Of a stretch of 53,784 bases of DNA, positions 29,201-38,646 are shown in pieces. Source of the DNA: Candidatus Thorarchaeota archaeon. GTDB lineage: Archaea > Asgardarchaeota > Thorarchaeia > Thorarchaeales > Thorarchaeaceae. The notes beneath the pieces are model-generated. The model made no database searches. It had not been told where the DNA came from and saw nothing but the letters and a program-made list of their open reading frames with translations. The DNA lies in assembly GCA_003345595.1 (NCBI GenBank), contig PRDI01000025.1, positions 1 through 53,784 on the forward strand, given 5' to 3'. Numbering within the stretch: the stretch's first letter is position 1; every line of letters begins with the position of its first letter. A program made the position numbers and the translations under genes.

Positions 29201-32200
29201 CATGTTCGTATCAGTCAGATAACCAAATCCACGGACCATCATATCTGTTGAATTGAATTGAACCAAGAGTCCATTTGACTGCAGACATAGAGCAGATATA
29301 TCACCGGATTCGCTTGACAAGACCCAGACTGCTTCTCCATTCCACTCTGCCGGACCGACCACGGAGAGTATCTGCTGCCACATGAAGAACGGCGCAAGAT
29401 CACCTATCTGTGTATAGGACTGTATCGGATTAGGTGAGGGGAGTCCGGTGAAGAACATGAAGTGGAAGGTTTCCCAATAGAAATCTGATTGGGGGATGTA
29501 TCCATTCAAGATATTGATGGTGAGCGTATAGTTTTCTAGGGCAATCGTACCTCCTTCATTGTAGAGATGGTATATCAATGACGCTTGAACTTCGAATTCC
29601 GCGACCATTTCACCAAATGTCAAGTTGAGATCATTTGTGGCGTATGGGTCTTCTATTCTGAGGTTGAGATAATCGCCTGACTTCGGACGAGCAATGGGTA
29701 TGACATCTGCGGATAGGACTGTGACATTTGCACTCGAAGACGAGGCATCACTCCATGTTGCTGCAACTGAAATGGTGTTTGTCCCATTGGCGAATACGGG
29801 GACAAAGAGGCTGTTTGAGCCATTATACGGTATTATGAATAGGGATTCGTCGTTTACGAAGGCTTCAATCTGAAGTAGGGAGCCCAGGTTCGAACCCGTG
29901 AATTCCACATATACTAGTCCGCCTTCTACAACTTCTTCCATTGCTGGTTGGACGATCACAATCTCGTTCTCCACGAAACCAGAAATCAAGTTCGTGTCCA
30001 TGACCTCAGCATAGCAGTAGGGTGTTGGCAATCCAAAGTACATTTCGACAAGTAGTCCATTAGACTCCAATACACTGCACGAGAAGTCCCCCAACAAACC
30101 ATAGCCATTCCATACTGTTCGTCCTCTCCATTCACCCAGATCAGAAATCACGTATAGGTCGTTCCAAGTGAAGAACGTCGCTAAATCGCCAGGACTTGCA
30201 TGACTAATGACCTCAGGAGAAAGAAGTCCTGTGAATGGGAAGAAGTGGTAGTTGTCCCATCCAATATCAGACCAAGCAATGTACCCATTCAACACGTTCA
30301 CGATCAGATTGTAGTAAGCTATGTTTTCATAGCCAGAATCATCCCAGACGTGCAATAACAGCCCCACTTCAACCTCGAATTCTGAAACATAGTTGCCAAA
30401 GGTGAAATTGTACTCCTGATAGTATCCGCCGCTGTAGGTGAAAAGATAGTTCAGGTAATCACTTGGCTCCAACTCCGCGAGAGGTGTGACATTTGTTGAC
30501 TCAATGTTCACTACAGCAATAGCACTGAGATTACCATTCCACCATGCGATTAGTGCTATTTCATTCGTTCCTTCCCTGAACACTGGGACAATGAACTGGT
30601 TTAGGCCAATATTACTCGCATTGGCGATGTATTCTCCGTTGACAATCACATCTATGCCTGTAAGACTCTCAGGGTTCGCTGCTTCGTAAGCTATGAGGAC
30701 TTGTCCACCCTCAATCACCTCGCCTTCCATAGGGCTTGTTATCACGAGTAGGTTTTGGACTGTGACCATCCTTGATGCGAAGTTATTATCAAGGTTGGTT
30801 TCATTCTCGACCGGATCCACCATTGCGTCGAAATAGTATACCCCTTCGCTGGGTTGATCCCAGTAGTAGCTTAGGGTGTATTGTGACAAAGTCGGCAAGT
30901 ATGGGATTATTGCATTCGCGACAAGTCCGCCATCAAGGTATATACTCACATTGACATTGTACTCATCAGAAAGACCGAAGTTCGATACTTCAGCATCTAC
31001 GTAAAGTGAAGTCCCAGGACTTACATATGACGGTACTTTCAGCATTATGGCAAGTTCATGTTCAGGTAGCACGTATGTGAACATAAGACCAAAGTCAATC
31101 ACTCCAGAAAGGTCTCCTCCGGGATAGACTGGTCCGTAGATACCATCGCCGTAGTTCAGGCCAACCACAGGAACGCCATATGGGTCTACATCGAACATCT
31201 CCAAGTAGTTGAACTGGATTAGGCCAGATTTGTAAAGCACAACCTCGAATGTTCCCATGGTCATACCTGAGAGGTGGCGATAGTTATCGTACTGAATCAC
31301 GACCCAATCCTCTGTTGCCCACACGAAGACATTGCTTTCCGCCAGTAAATCTGCAAGCAGCAATGCTAGCGAATACCTGTAGGCAGAGTCAGACGTGGGC
31401 CACGAAGGACTGTAGGGCTGGTAAGGATTAGTGTTGTAAAAGGACAGCCAGCCGTTGCTGCTGATGTAGACGACGTCAAACATCTGGTCATAGTAGCTGA
31501 AAGTGAATGGAAGTCCAAGACCGATACTTACATCGTCACCTGACAATCCTATATTGAATCCATTGGCTTTAGCATCTAACCACACTGGTTCATATTCACT
31601 CATGTAGTAATCGTGGAACTCGGCCACAACCAATACGCTGACTGCAAGATTGTTCGCAGTGTCTTCTTCATCAGGCACTGGTTCGACATATGCCCGAACA
31701 TCATGGTTGCCTTCGATATCTGACATCCACCAGTCTCTGATTGTCACTGAGTTTCTTGATTCAAGCAGAGGAACGTAAGTGCTCATTACTTCAACTTCAT
31801 CGATGTAGAGATGTAACGTCACATTTGTTTCAGAGTTCAATCCCCGATTAATCGCAGTTGCAGTCACTAGGGTCCATTCACCAGGACTTACGCTTGATTC
31901 CAGTTCAAGAATAGCGGCAAGGTCGTGTTCGGGGACTGCGGGGAGATAGAGCAGTATGTTTTCCAGCACCCTACTATATCCAGCACCGAAACCCCACTCA
32001 AGAGTCTGCGTCGATATCATAATGCTACCTAAGCCAAACGGTTGTTCGACTAGGACAGGATTGCCATAGTCTGTAGCGAGTATAACGCTCGCACCTGAGG
32101 CTAAGGGGTCAAGATAGCCATGAACTGACGAATACCAATTGTCCAGTTCTTCATCAGTAATAATATTCGGAATCAACATCGTCGGATGATATGGATCAAT

Positions 32201-35200
32201 GATTGAAACGTAATCACTTGGAGCCTGGACATAGTATGAGCCTCCGGGGACTAGCCCATCGATCCAGTATGAGTTGGTAGCAGCGTTTATCTCAAGAACC
32301 CCACCTTGTGCCACATAGTCCTCAAACCACGCTATATTCATGTATAATGCATCCATGAACCAAGAGGGCTGAGCTGATGCAATAACGACTTTCTGATACA
32401 CGCTGAGGTCAACCGTTCCCATTGCAGTATCGTCGTAGAGGACATATGGCACCATCCATAGATCAAGTACCTCTCGAATTGAGCCCAATCCCCACGGATC
32501 TTGGTCTTGGAAGATGGCTACAGGACCATCGAGTTCTAGTTCGAAGACATTCACAGATTGCTGTATGTAGTTATTCGCTAATGTGTCCTCTCCAGCTACT
32601 GGATCGACAAGTGCCTCTATAACATACAGACCCTCATTCAGGGGTGTCCATGGATAAAGGACAGAGTACGATGTATTGTTCTCAAGGACCGGAATGGTTC
32701 CATTAGCCACTCCAGCACCTTCGATATAGATGCCATAAGTCACATTGTACTCTGTGTTCAGTCCCAAGTTCATGACATCTGCGTTGATGAGGACTTCTTC
32801 TCCGGGGTCTGCTGTACGAGGAACATCTAGACTCACGCCTAGATCATGTTCAGGAATCTCATAACTAGACCATGAAATCATGTTATAGACCAGCTGTAGG
32901 TCTTGAGCATTCGACTGGTACTCAGGTATATTCGAGGCGTATACCAGTCCTCGATATGTGATCACAGCTGCAACTCTCTCCTGGCTCGAATCAAGAGCTA
33001 CCATCGACGCTCCTACAAGAGCTGCACTATCCCACCTGATACCTAACGGCAGATACGATAAGGGATAGCCTACTGGATAGGGATTCGACACTCCTTCGAA
33101 GATGGGATGTTCTGGCTCCAGTAGGTCTAGAGACTCGAAATCTATGCCTATAGCAGAATTCGATGTCCAGCCCAGAGTTCCATCAAGACCTAGGAAAGCA
33201 CCCAGTACATCAGGGTGATAGCTGACGCATGAGCTCGTGACGACAAGACCGTGTCCCTCACGCGTGTAGTCAAGAACTGCTTGGAGCTCACTAGAACCCA
33301 GTGGCTGATACATATAGCTCATGATGAGTACATCAGGGCCAAGAGCCTCAACGTCGGCAAGAGTAATCAGTGGAATGTTCAGTGATACGTAATCAATGAA
33401 GATAGGAGTTTGTCCGTAGGCTTCCCAATTCGCATTGATTCTATCCCAGCATGCCATATCCGGACTCTCTGTAAAAAGACCACGTACGACAGCAGCGATT
33501 AGTCTGACTCCCAGGAACTCATGGGCATCCGCATAGCCTGCATGAGTTGCATTGATCTGGATTCTTCCGCTGCTCACCGGATGGACAGTGAACTCGATAA
33601 ACCCGAACTGATCGCTTATTCCAGTTTCATAGACTCCGCAGCCGTCGAGAACTATACTGACATTATCCAAAGGATATCCTTCGTAGAAATCAAAGCAAGA
33701 GATAGATACATTGGATGTAGTATCTCTCTCAAGGAATTCGGGCATGATCTCAAGGCCGATGACAGGCGTTTCGTAGGACACGATGTTTGTTTCGAAAGGT
33801 AAGTAGTCAGCCTTAGTGATATTCACCAGAATGTATCCTGGGACAGTTGGATGAATCGTGATGGTACAGGTCCCATCAGGAAGCGTGTGGTTCTCCGTGC
33901 TCACGCCACAGCCAAATACATCAACCAGTGCCGCTCCAACTGGGGCACCCGTTGCACTATCTGTGACAATCACTTCGACGACTTCAGTACCGCCTGTGAG
34001 TAGTGCATTGTCTGACAAGGAACAGGTCAGACTCGGATATAGTAGGAAATCGACTGCGTTCTTCAGCAGGGTGTTCCTGTCAGAAACATCTACAATAGCA
34101 TCCACTGAGAAGCCAAAGAACACAACCCCACCATTGGTTGCAGTTGGATTCAGTGCCGCGATTGCAGTACCACCTTCATACTCTCCGGAGTAACCACTCA
34201 CATGAGCTGAACCAGATGCGGGCGCTATTACTTCAGCAAACGGAGAACCTAGTCCATCGTCAAGCCATAGAGATGCAGGAAGACCTGAGGTGATTGGATG
34301 AGGCGCGTTCTCCAAATACAAACCACCGGTGTTATCCAACCTCTGCTGCAATTCAACATGGAAGAACGTCGGGAAGATTGCTCCATAAGATGCTTCAAGA
34401 GGAGTCAGAATAGATCCTCCCTCGAAGAGAAGATTGCCGCTCGCGTTATGATACTCCATCAGCACGTCCAGTAGATAGCTATCAGGGGCGATAAGAGGCA
34501 TTCCGTAGTGGTCACCAACCGTGACAATGACCGCATCAAAGAGCTCCAGAAATGCAAGATCAGGGACCAGCTCATATCTGGGTCTGAAAACGTCGACATA
34601 GTATTCATCTTTCAATGCTTGATAGATGTCTCCAAAGTCAGTGGAGTCTCCAGCATTCTCATCAACCCATCCACCCGGATACCAAGGACCATAGCCCCCT
34701 GATTCGTCAGCGATTATCAGGATTTGTCCTCGCATCACTTCGAAGGACACATGACTGCTCCCACCGGATTCTGTGGCAGATACTACCTCAATGTGAAGAG
34801 TCTGAGCTCCGAATGATGTAATGTTGATTGCACCGGAATAGGTGCCTCCTATTACTTCAAAACCCGAAGATGTTATGACGCCACCATTTTGGTTTACAAG
34901 GTAAGCAGTACCATTGCCATCCATGTCACTGAATCCGGAGAAAGCAAGCGGCGCACCATATACTGGTGAGGTGTCGAGAACCACTGACACATTTCCCAGA
35001 CCAATCTGGTACGTTCTCTCGGCCATATACTCAAATGGTTCTGTGAAAGCGAAATGGGCAGTATAAGTTCCGGGATGCTGAGTTGCATTGTGATAGACAG
35101 TAAAGTGCCCTGTGGGGTCCGGAGAAAATCCGCCATCTACAACTGGGTTGCCCAAGGGGTCTTCAATGGTCACATTGACCATGCTCGTTACTGGTAGGTG

Positions 35201-37300
35201 ATTGAAGGTCGTACAGTTTACTTCAATCACAGCTTCTTGGTTGATATCAACAGGTGTTGAAGTCACTTCAACTTCGTTCTTCCAGTACAGCTGCATGGAA
35301 GGATCTCCGAAGTATATGGCCTGAATGACTGTTTCTCTTGAGATGGAGTCAGCCATGTCATAGGTCATCACCATCTCATTTACTGCGTCTCTAAGAGCGA
35401 TCTTTGGACTGGCTGAATACTGGGATAGAGCAGTGTCGAAGAAGTAATCCCAGAACCTGTTGTGAAGCCCGTCAAAAGCGTAATAGCCCGCCCAAGCAAT
35501 TCGTGTTGCTCCGATATACGCAGCAGCTCCCCCATTCGCATTCCTAAAGAATGCCTCTGCGATGGTCGGTTCGCCAATCTCGTAGTCAAAGGCACCAGTT
35601 TCACAGGCCATGGCAAATGCAAATGGAGTGCGAAAGCCATTCGATAATGAAAGCGTTTCCGGTATTGTCAGAGAATCAACCCAGACATCGTACGCGCCAT
35701 GATCAAAGAAGTCTATGATTCCTACTCCCTGGTTAATGCGATCTATCACATTCGAATCAGATAGACTCCCATCAGTTGGATAGAGTCTGTACATATCGAA
35801 AAATGAACCTATGAGATATGGCTGATTCAGTTCTGCTTCAGTCATCGCCGCGCCATCGCCAGAAACGAAGCAATTAGGTCCGAGGAGAAGAAAGTCGTCC
35901 ATCCAATCTCCAGGTTCTGGATCGCTTTCGAGTTTGACGATTGCATGAAGAACGTGAGAGGCATCATCAGGTGTTTGTACAGGAATCCTGCCAACCATCA
36001 CTTCAGGATAGAAATCAACCTGATCTTCGACTTCTCCAAACAAATCGTTGTCGTTTGCGTCCCAGTTTCCATCCAGACACTCAAAGTAGAGATCACTTGC
36101 CTCAGTACCATTGTCAATGCCCGCCCCGGCATAGGCAGGATCCCAGACCTCTCGAGCTGGAACAACATCCCCATCACCCAGTAGGAGAACATACTCGATG
36201 TTGTTCGCTGTATGCTGCTCGATGATGCAATTGCGAAGCCGTTCAGGTGCATCACGACCCGGGAAGGCGGCTACGATATCCTCAACGGAAGCAACATATA
36301 CATTGAATCCTAGGAAACTCTTCCAGTTCGCGAACTCATCCAAGTATGGAATGTAGTCGTCGGGTGTAACGATTAGATAGCCTTCTCCACTGCCAAAAGA
36401 CAACGGCTCAAGTCCAGTTGGCACCTGAAACTCCGAAAGGTGAACATTCCGGCTGAAAGTGATTTCCAGCACAAACTGAAGCAGAAGGCTAGCAGCTTTC
36501 TCAGTAGGATTGTATTGAAGAGGACAAAGCTGCAAAGAAATACAGGGAATCCCATTGATCCGTACTATCTCATAGTCTGCAACATGAGCAGGCTGGTAAA
36601 CGGATGATGAATATGCACCGGGGTCAAAGAAAAGGGTCTCTATTGCTGGAACTCCCTCTGAAACGCTTAGTGGCTTTGGCCCTGGCATTAGTGCCAGGTT
36701 ATTGATTGGAAATCGGATTTCGTTTACAATGTTGCTCGTAATGATCGTGGCACCAGTAGGCAGGCTCAACATCTGTTTTGCATAGGGTGTGACAGGCCGT
36801 CCGTATTCGTGGGTAAGTTCGGTGTCGCCAATTGCCACGATCTGATATGCGTTGCTTCCAATGGAATATGTAGACACATCATAGCTTCCGACCGTGACCT
36901 GTACGAGGAGCCGATCACCCTCAACTACGAAATCGATATTCATTCCCTCACCATAGACACCATAGAACTCTGTGGTGGGATGCTTGGTTTCCATTCTATA
37001 GTCAGCATAGAAATCCCCTGAATCATATAGCGAATCTGCTGAGTTCTTCTCAGATGACTGGTCCTTTTCTAGCGTGTCAAAGATGAGATCAGTAGGGGAG
37101 TCCGTATCAGCGCCAAGTTCTTGCTCCGTTGCCATTGGGTCAAGTTTCTCGTACGAATGTACGCTGCCCGACTCCATCTTCTTCATATCATTCGCTACTG
37201 CACTGGTGAAAGGAACACCGGTTGTTGCCGCGAAGGACCCAGTCACTATTGCAGCGATGAATAGTAGAGATAGGAATCTCATTCCAGCCGCCAAACCCAT
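26288..37300 (-). CDS. 3670-aa membrane-anchored peptidase C25 (gingipain-like) with propeptide, CARDB, NIDO-like, beta-helix (NosD-like) and Ig/cadherin-like domains
   Basis: Propeptide (GRPVTPY...LSLP, PLQYNP). C25 motifs YLIVT, YVLLLGD, SDLYF, VGRIPV, catalytic DHG (His codon 35699-35701) and AC (Cys codon 35603-35605), GGAAAYIGATR, FGDPS. Also EHDL...NN CARDB units, GDD..LPFTFSYY...ISSNGWLSF, GI.L beta-helix coils, DTTPPEW repeats, and a TM helix with RGRRP tail. Confidence 0.9.
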   Translation of the reverse strand: MGLAAGMRFLSLLFIAAIVTGSFAATTGVPFTSAVANDMKKMESGSVHSYEKLDPMATEQELGADTDSPTDLIFDTLEKDQSSEKNSADSLYDSGDFYADYRMETKHPTTEFYGVYGEGMNIDFVVEGDRLLVQVTVGSYDVSTYSIGSNAYQIVAIGDTELTHEYGRPVTPYAKQMLSLPTGATIITSNIVNEIRFPINNLALMPGPKPLSVSEGVPAIETLFFDPGAYSSSVYQPAHVADYEIVRINGIPCISLQLCPLQYNPTEKAASLLLQFVLEITFSRNVHLSEFQVPTGLEPLSFGSGEGYLIVTPDDYIPYLDEFANWKSFLGFNVYVASVEDIVAAFPGRDAPERLRNCIIEQHTANNIEYVLLLGDGDVVPAREVWDPAYAGAGIDNGTEASDLYFECLDGNWDANDNDLFGEVEDQVDFYPEVMVGRIPVQTPDDASHVLHAIVKLESDPEPGDWMDDFLLLGPNCFVSGDGAAMTEAELNQPYLIGSFFDMYRLYPTDGSLSDSNVIDRINQGVGIIDFFDHGAYDVWVDSLTIPETLSLSNGFRTPFAFAMACETGAFDYEIGEPTIAEAFFRNANGGAAAYIGATRIAWAGYYAFDGLHNRFWDYFFDTALSQYSASPKIALRDAVNEMVMTYDMADSISRETVIQAIYFGDPSMQLYWKNEVEVTSTPVDINQEAVIEVNCTTFNHLPVTSMVNVTIEDPLGNPVVDGGFSPDPTGHFTVYHNATQHPGTYTAHFAFTEPFEYMAERTYQIGLGNVSVVLDTSPVYGAPLAFSGFSDMDGNGTAYLVNQNGGVITSSGFEVIGGTYSGAINITSFGAQTLHIEVVSATESGGSSHVSFEVMRGQILIIADESGGYGPWYPGGWVDENAGDSTDFGDIYQALKDEYYVDVFRPRYELVPDLAFLELFDAVIVTVGDHYGMPLIAPDSYLLDVLMEYHNASGNLLFEGGSILTPLEASYGAIFPTFFHVELQQRLDNTGGLYLENAPHPITSGLPASLWLDDGLGSPFAEVIAPASGSAHVSGYSGEYEGGTAIAALNPTATNGGVVFFGFSVDAIVDVSDRNTLLKNAVDFLLYPSLTCSLSDNALLTGGTEVVEVIVTDSATGAPVGAALVDVFGCGVSTENHTLPDGTCTITIHPTVPGYILVNITKADYLPFETNIVSYETPVIGLEIMPEFLERDTTSNVSISCFDFYEGYPLDNVSIVLDGCGVYETGISDQFGFIEFTVHPVSSGRIQINATHAGYADAHEFLGVRLIAAVVRGLFTESPDMACWDRINANWEAYGQTPIFIDYVSLNIPLITLADVEALGPDVLIMSYMYQPLGSSELQAVLDYTREGHGLVVTSSCVSYHPDVLGAFLGLDGTLGWTSNSAIGIDFESLDLLEPEHPIFEGVSNPYPVGYPLSYLPLGIRWDSAALVGASMVALDSSQERVAAVITYRGLVYASNIPEYQSNAQDLQLVYNMISWSSYEIPEHDLGVSLDVPRTADPGEEVLINADVMNLGLNTEYNVTYGIYIEGAGVANGTIPVLENNTSYSVLYPWTPLNEGLYVIEALVDPVAGEDTLANNYIQQSVNVFELELDGPVAIFQDQDPWGLGSIREVLDLWMVPYVLYDDTAMGTVDLSVYQKVVIASAQPSWFMDALYMNIAWFEDYVAQGGVLEINAATNSYWIDGLVPGGSYYVQAPSDYVSIIDPYHPTMLIPNIITDEELDNWYSSVHGYLDPLASGASVILATDYGNPVLVEQPFGLGSIMISTQTLEWGFGAGYSRVLENILLYLPAVPEHDLAAILELESSVSPGEWTLVTATAINRGLNSETNVTLHLYIDEVEVMSTYVPLLESRNSVTIRDWWMSDIEGNHDVRAYVEPVPDEEDTANNLAVSVLVVAEFHDYYMSEYEPVWLDAKANGFNIGLSGDDVSIGLGLPFTFSYYDQMFDVVYISSNGWLSFYNTNPYQPYSPSWPTSDSAYRYSLALLLADLLAESNVFVWATEDWVVIQYDNYRHLSGMTMGTFEVVLYKSGLIQFNYLEMFDVDPYGVPVVGLNYGDGIYGPVYPGGDLSGVIDFGLMFTYVLPEHELAIMLKVPSYVSPGTSLYVDAEVSNFGLSDEYNVNVSIYLDGGLVANAIIPYLPTLSQYTLSYYWDQPSEGVYYFDAMVDPVENETNLDNNFASRMVTVQNLLVITSPMEGEVIEGGQVLIAYEAANPESLTGIDVIVNGEYIANASNIGLNQFIVPVFREGTNEIALIAWWNGNLSAIAVVNIESTNVTPLAELEPSDYLNYLFTYSGGYYQEYNFTFGNYVSEFEVEVGLLLHVWDDSGYENIAYYNLIVNVLNGYIAWSDIGWDNYHFFPFTGLLSPEVISHASPGDLATFFTWNDLYVISDLGEWRGRTVWNGYGLLGDFSCSVLESNGLLVEMYFGLPTPYCYAEVMDTNLISGFVENEIVIVQPAMEEVVEGGLVYVEFTGSNLGSLLQIEAFVNDESLFIIPYNGSNSLFVPVFANGTNTISVAATWSDASSSSANVTVLSADVIPIARPKSGDYLNLRIEDPYATNDLNLTFGEMVAEFEVQASLIYHLYNEGGTIALENYTLTINILNGYIPQSDFYWETFHFMFFTGLPSPNPIQSYTQIGDLAPFFMWQQILSVVGPAEWNGEAVWVLSSESGDISALCLQSNGLLVQFNSTDMMVRGFGYLTDTNMIPPFDNVPPAWVSLPEDQYLVVGDSLYYDLDAIDPAGVGDWWIDDTVHFAIDSEGVVTNVVELGGGIYPIQVWVSDTLGNVLTGSFRVIVEVISGPILIDGDGDFVSQHWPGLGTPEDPFIVSGLVLNASGLYVPCIEIRNTQAFFIVQHCAMYAAGGYSALYLYNVENGVIEDNTCTGGSFGILMEICRLTTVVDNLCFRNDFGICAISTSYCYFQSNDCFENSVGIMLADTYLSSVIDNQCSMNEIFGISLNGTCSLINVTDNYCEGNYFGIYETFSGNSTLLNNTCIGNTIGMELDYSYGDYVCFNSILYNQGYGLVLVEAADTIVHENTIVGNQGTGILVLWGTMNEISDNYLAQDVQGIIIDTSTSNHISWNTIEDCLDVGIVLSQSEWNTIEYNVISNNDAGLYFLQYSDNNIVMWNVFEDNTQYNMADDYENNLVDYNYWSDYTGPDDDHDGYGDIPYHIFGFAENEDPHPLMYYPWYLSWIETPGNMTIGGGEALSYDLQVFGYGNLTYTLISDGMFWIDDQGVLRNATPLETGDYHISIVVSNLWEYTISAEFTITVEDTMPPEWIEVPTDQIIEFGELLVYDLNATDYSGIAYYWVNDTTSFNIDSMGILTNALSLTVGRYGIEIRAYDPQGYFCGAIITVNVVDSTPPIWTIEPEDQVLEAGEDLDYQVEAWDLSGEVSYSVLPDGLFAVSASGLISNLHTLEVGAYAIAVQVSDIYGNTITATFTLTVTDTTPPEWLELPVDRSVLQGQPLEYPIAVADASAISWWAINDTAHFRIDPMGDVAHGVAVIINSTDLEPGVYGLEITVSDAFGNVQSATITITVIHVTVTDTTPPEWLETPLDRSVLQSQPFEYAVAVTDASAISWWAINDTANFRIDPMGDVAHGVAVITNSTDLEPGVYGLEITVSDAFGNVQSATITITVIQATVIISPAIGIVVIVSGAACVIVIIIVIATRGRRP
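26397..26988. repeat. Recent 297-bp tandem duplication of one Ig-like stalk domain
   Basis: 26397-26691 and 26694-26988 are near-identical (offset 297 nt, 99 aa). Confidence 0.92.
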
Positions 37301-37655
37301 GAAACCCCCAAATCATGTAAAGTGTACCGGCAATCAAGGTCAGCAAAATGAAGCCTCTAGGTTCGCATCACTCGATACACCCTGGAACACGATTGCAGGC
37401 CAATTTCCACATGAACACTTATAAACCTAGTATATTCATCCGCCTTTTACATGACGACGTTGATCTAACTATGTTACTCCACTGATGCTGAGGGTATGCC
37501 CGTCCGCGCCAGTTGTCTTGTCTGACACACATCCAATACAGTCAGTGGCCCGATTGAAGGCCCATGAGTCTGTCGTCTTGTGGCCGGCACTGCAAACGTC
37601 TTCCTTGGCCAAACCTAGGAAGTATCCGTTCTTGACTGGCATTGGCGGACGCGCT

Positions 37656-38333
37656 TCAGGACTGATTGCTGCTCGCGCCTTTCTCCTTTCTCCAGACGTA
37701 GACCGAGATCAACAACAGGTAGCCGATTACGGCGAAGTAGATTGCCCACTCTAGAGTTGGAAGCATCCAGAAGTCGGGACGGTCAACGAGACTGCCAATG
37801 TCACCATAGTCACCGAACAGAAATGCCGCAAAGACCACGACATTGAGAAGCCCCACGATTGACAACGCCTTGTGGACCTTTGACGTGTGCTGCAACAGAA
37901 TCGCAAGGGTCCATAGCCCTGTCATGACCATGCCGCTCAAGAAGAATGACATCGCGGCGGCCGTATGCTCTGCAAGGAAGTTCTCCGGAAAGATACCCAC
38001 GAAGATTATCGCGACCGATGAGAACACGCCTACAACGGCCGCAAGTTTGGCGATGATGTTGTCCATGTACAGTCCAAGTCCGATCATGAATGGAATGAAC
38101 AGGACACCTGCGTAAATCAGACCCACATTGAACATGATGGAGAGTTCTGAGACTCCGACCTCACCCAGTTCTGAAATGAAATGGTTGAATATCGAAAACG
38201 GCTCGCCGTTTCGACCTACATAAGGGATCATCGCTCCAAGAACAAACACCAGGCCAACAACCGATCCTGCTATTCCCCACAAGGGAAAGCGCTTGGCGCC
38301 AACAAGCTTCAGGAGACCCTGCTTCATCTGCAT
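37656..38333 (-). CDS. DUF998-family membrane protein
   Basis: NHFISELG, FN.GLI.AG, VGIFPEN...H; about six TM helices. Start may be 38333, 38327 or 38360. Confidence 0.8.
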   Translation of the reverse strand: MQMKQGLLKLVGAKRFPLWGIAGSVVGLVFVLGAMIPYVGRNGEPFSIFNHFISELGEVGVSELSIMFNVGLIYAGVLFIPFMIGLGLYMDNIIAKLAAVVGVFSSVAIIFVGIFPENFLAEHTAAAMSFFLSGMVMTGLWTLAILLQHTSKVHKALSIVGLLNVVVFAAFLFGDYGDIGSLVDRPDFWMLPTLEWAIYFAVIGYLLLISVYVWRKEKGASSNQS

Positions 38334-38646
38334 TCCCAACTCACTTCCATAGCTGAACACTCATCGGGTGGGTGCTCTAGTAATGGCGATCGTAGCCTGA
38401 CTGATTCGACGTGAAAAGGCTATGGATATCTAGGCTGGCCGTCAAGATCAGAACAACACGATACCCGCGACGGACGGGGATTTCGTTCAGCCGCCAACTC
38501 CTCGCCGACAGAACCATGACCGAGTGAAAACCTCTCGCAGGAACTGCAGCAGAGCAACTAGGTTCCCGTGTGGACTTGGCTTTGCTGGGCTACCTTCGCT
38601 GTACGGTGGTTCTCCACTCTTCGGATGGACCTAGCCAGGCTTTCGA

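Noticed and set aside
19097-37849. Diversity-generating retroelement (TR/VR pair) from the repeat pairs 19097-19274 / 37672-37849 or the 297-bp tandem
   Set aside because: Mismatches are not adenine-specific on either strand and no reverse transcriptase is present. Duplication explains both pairs.
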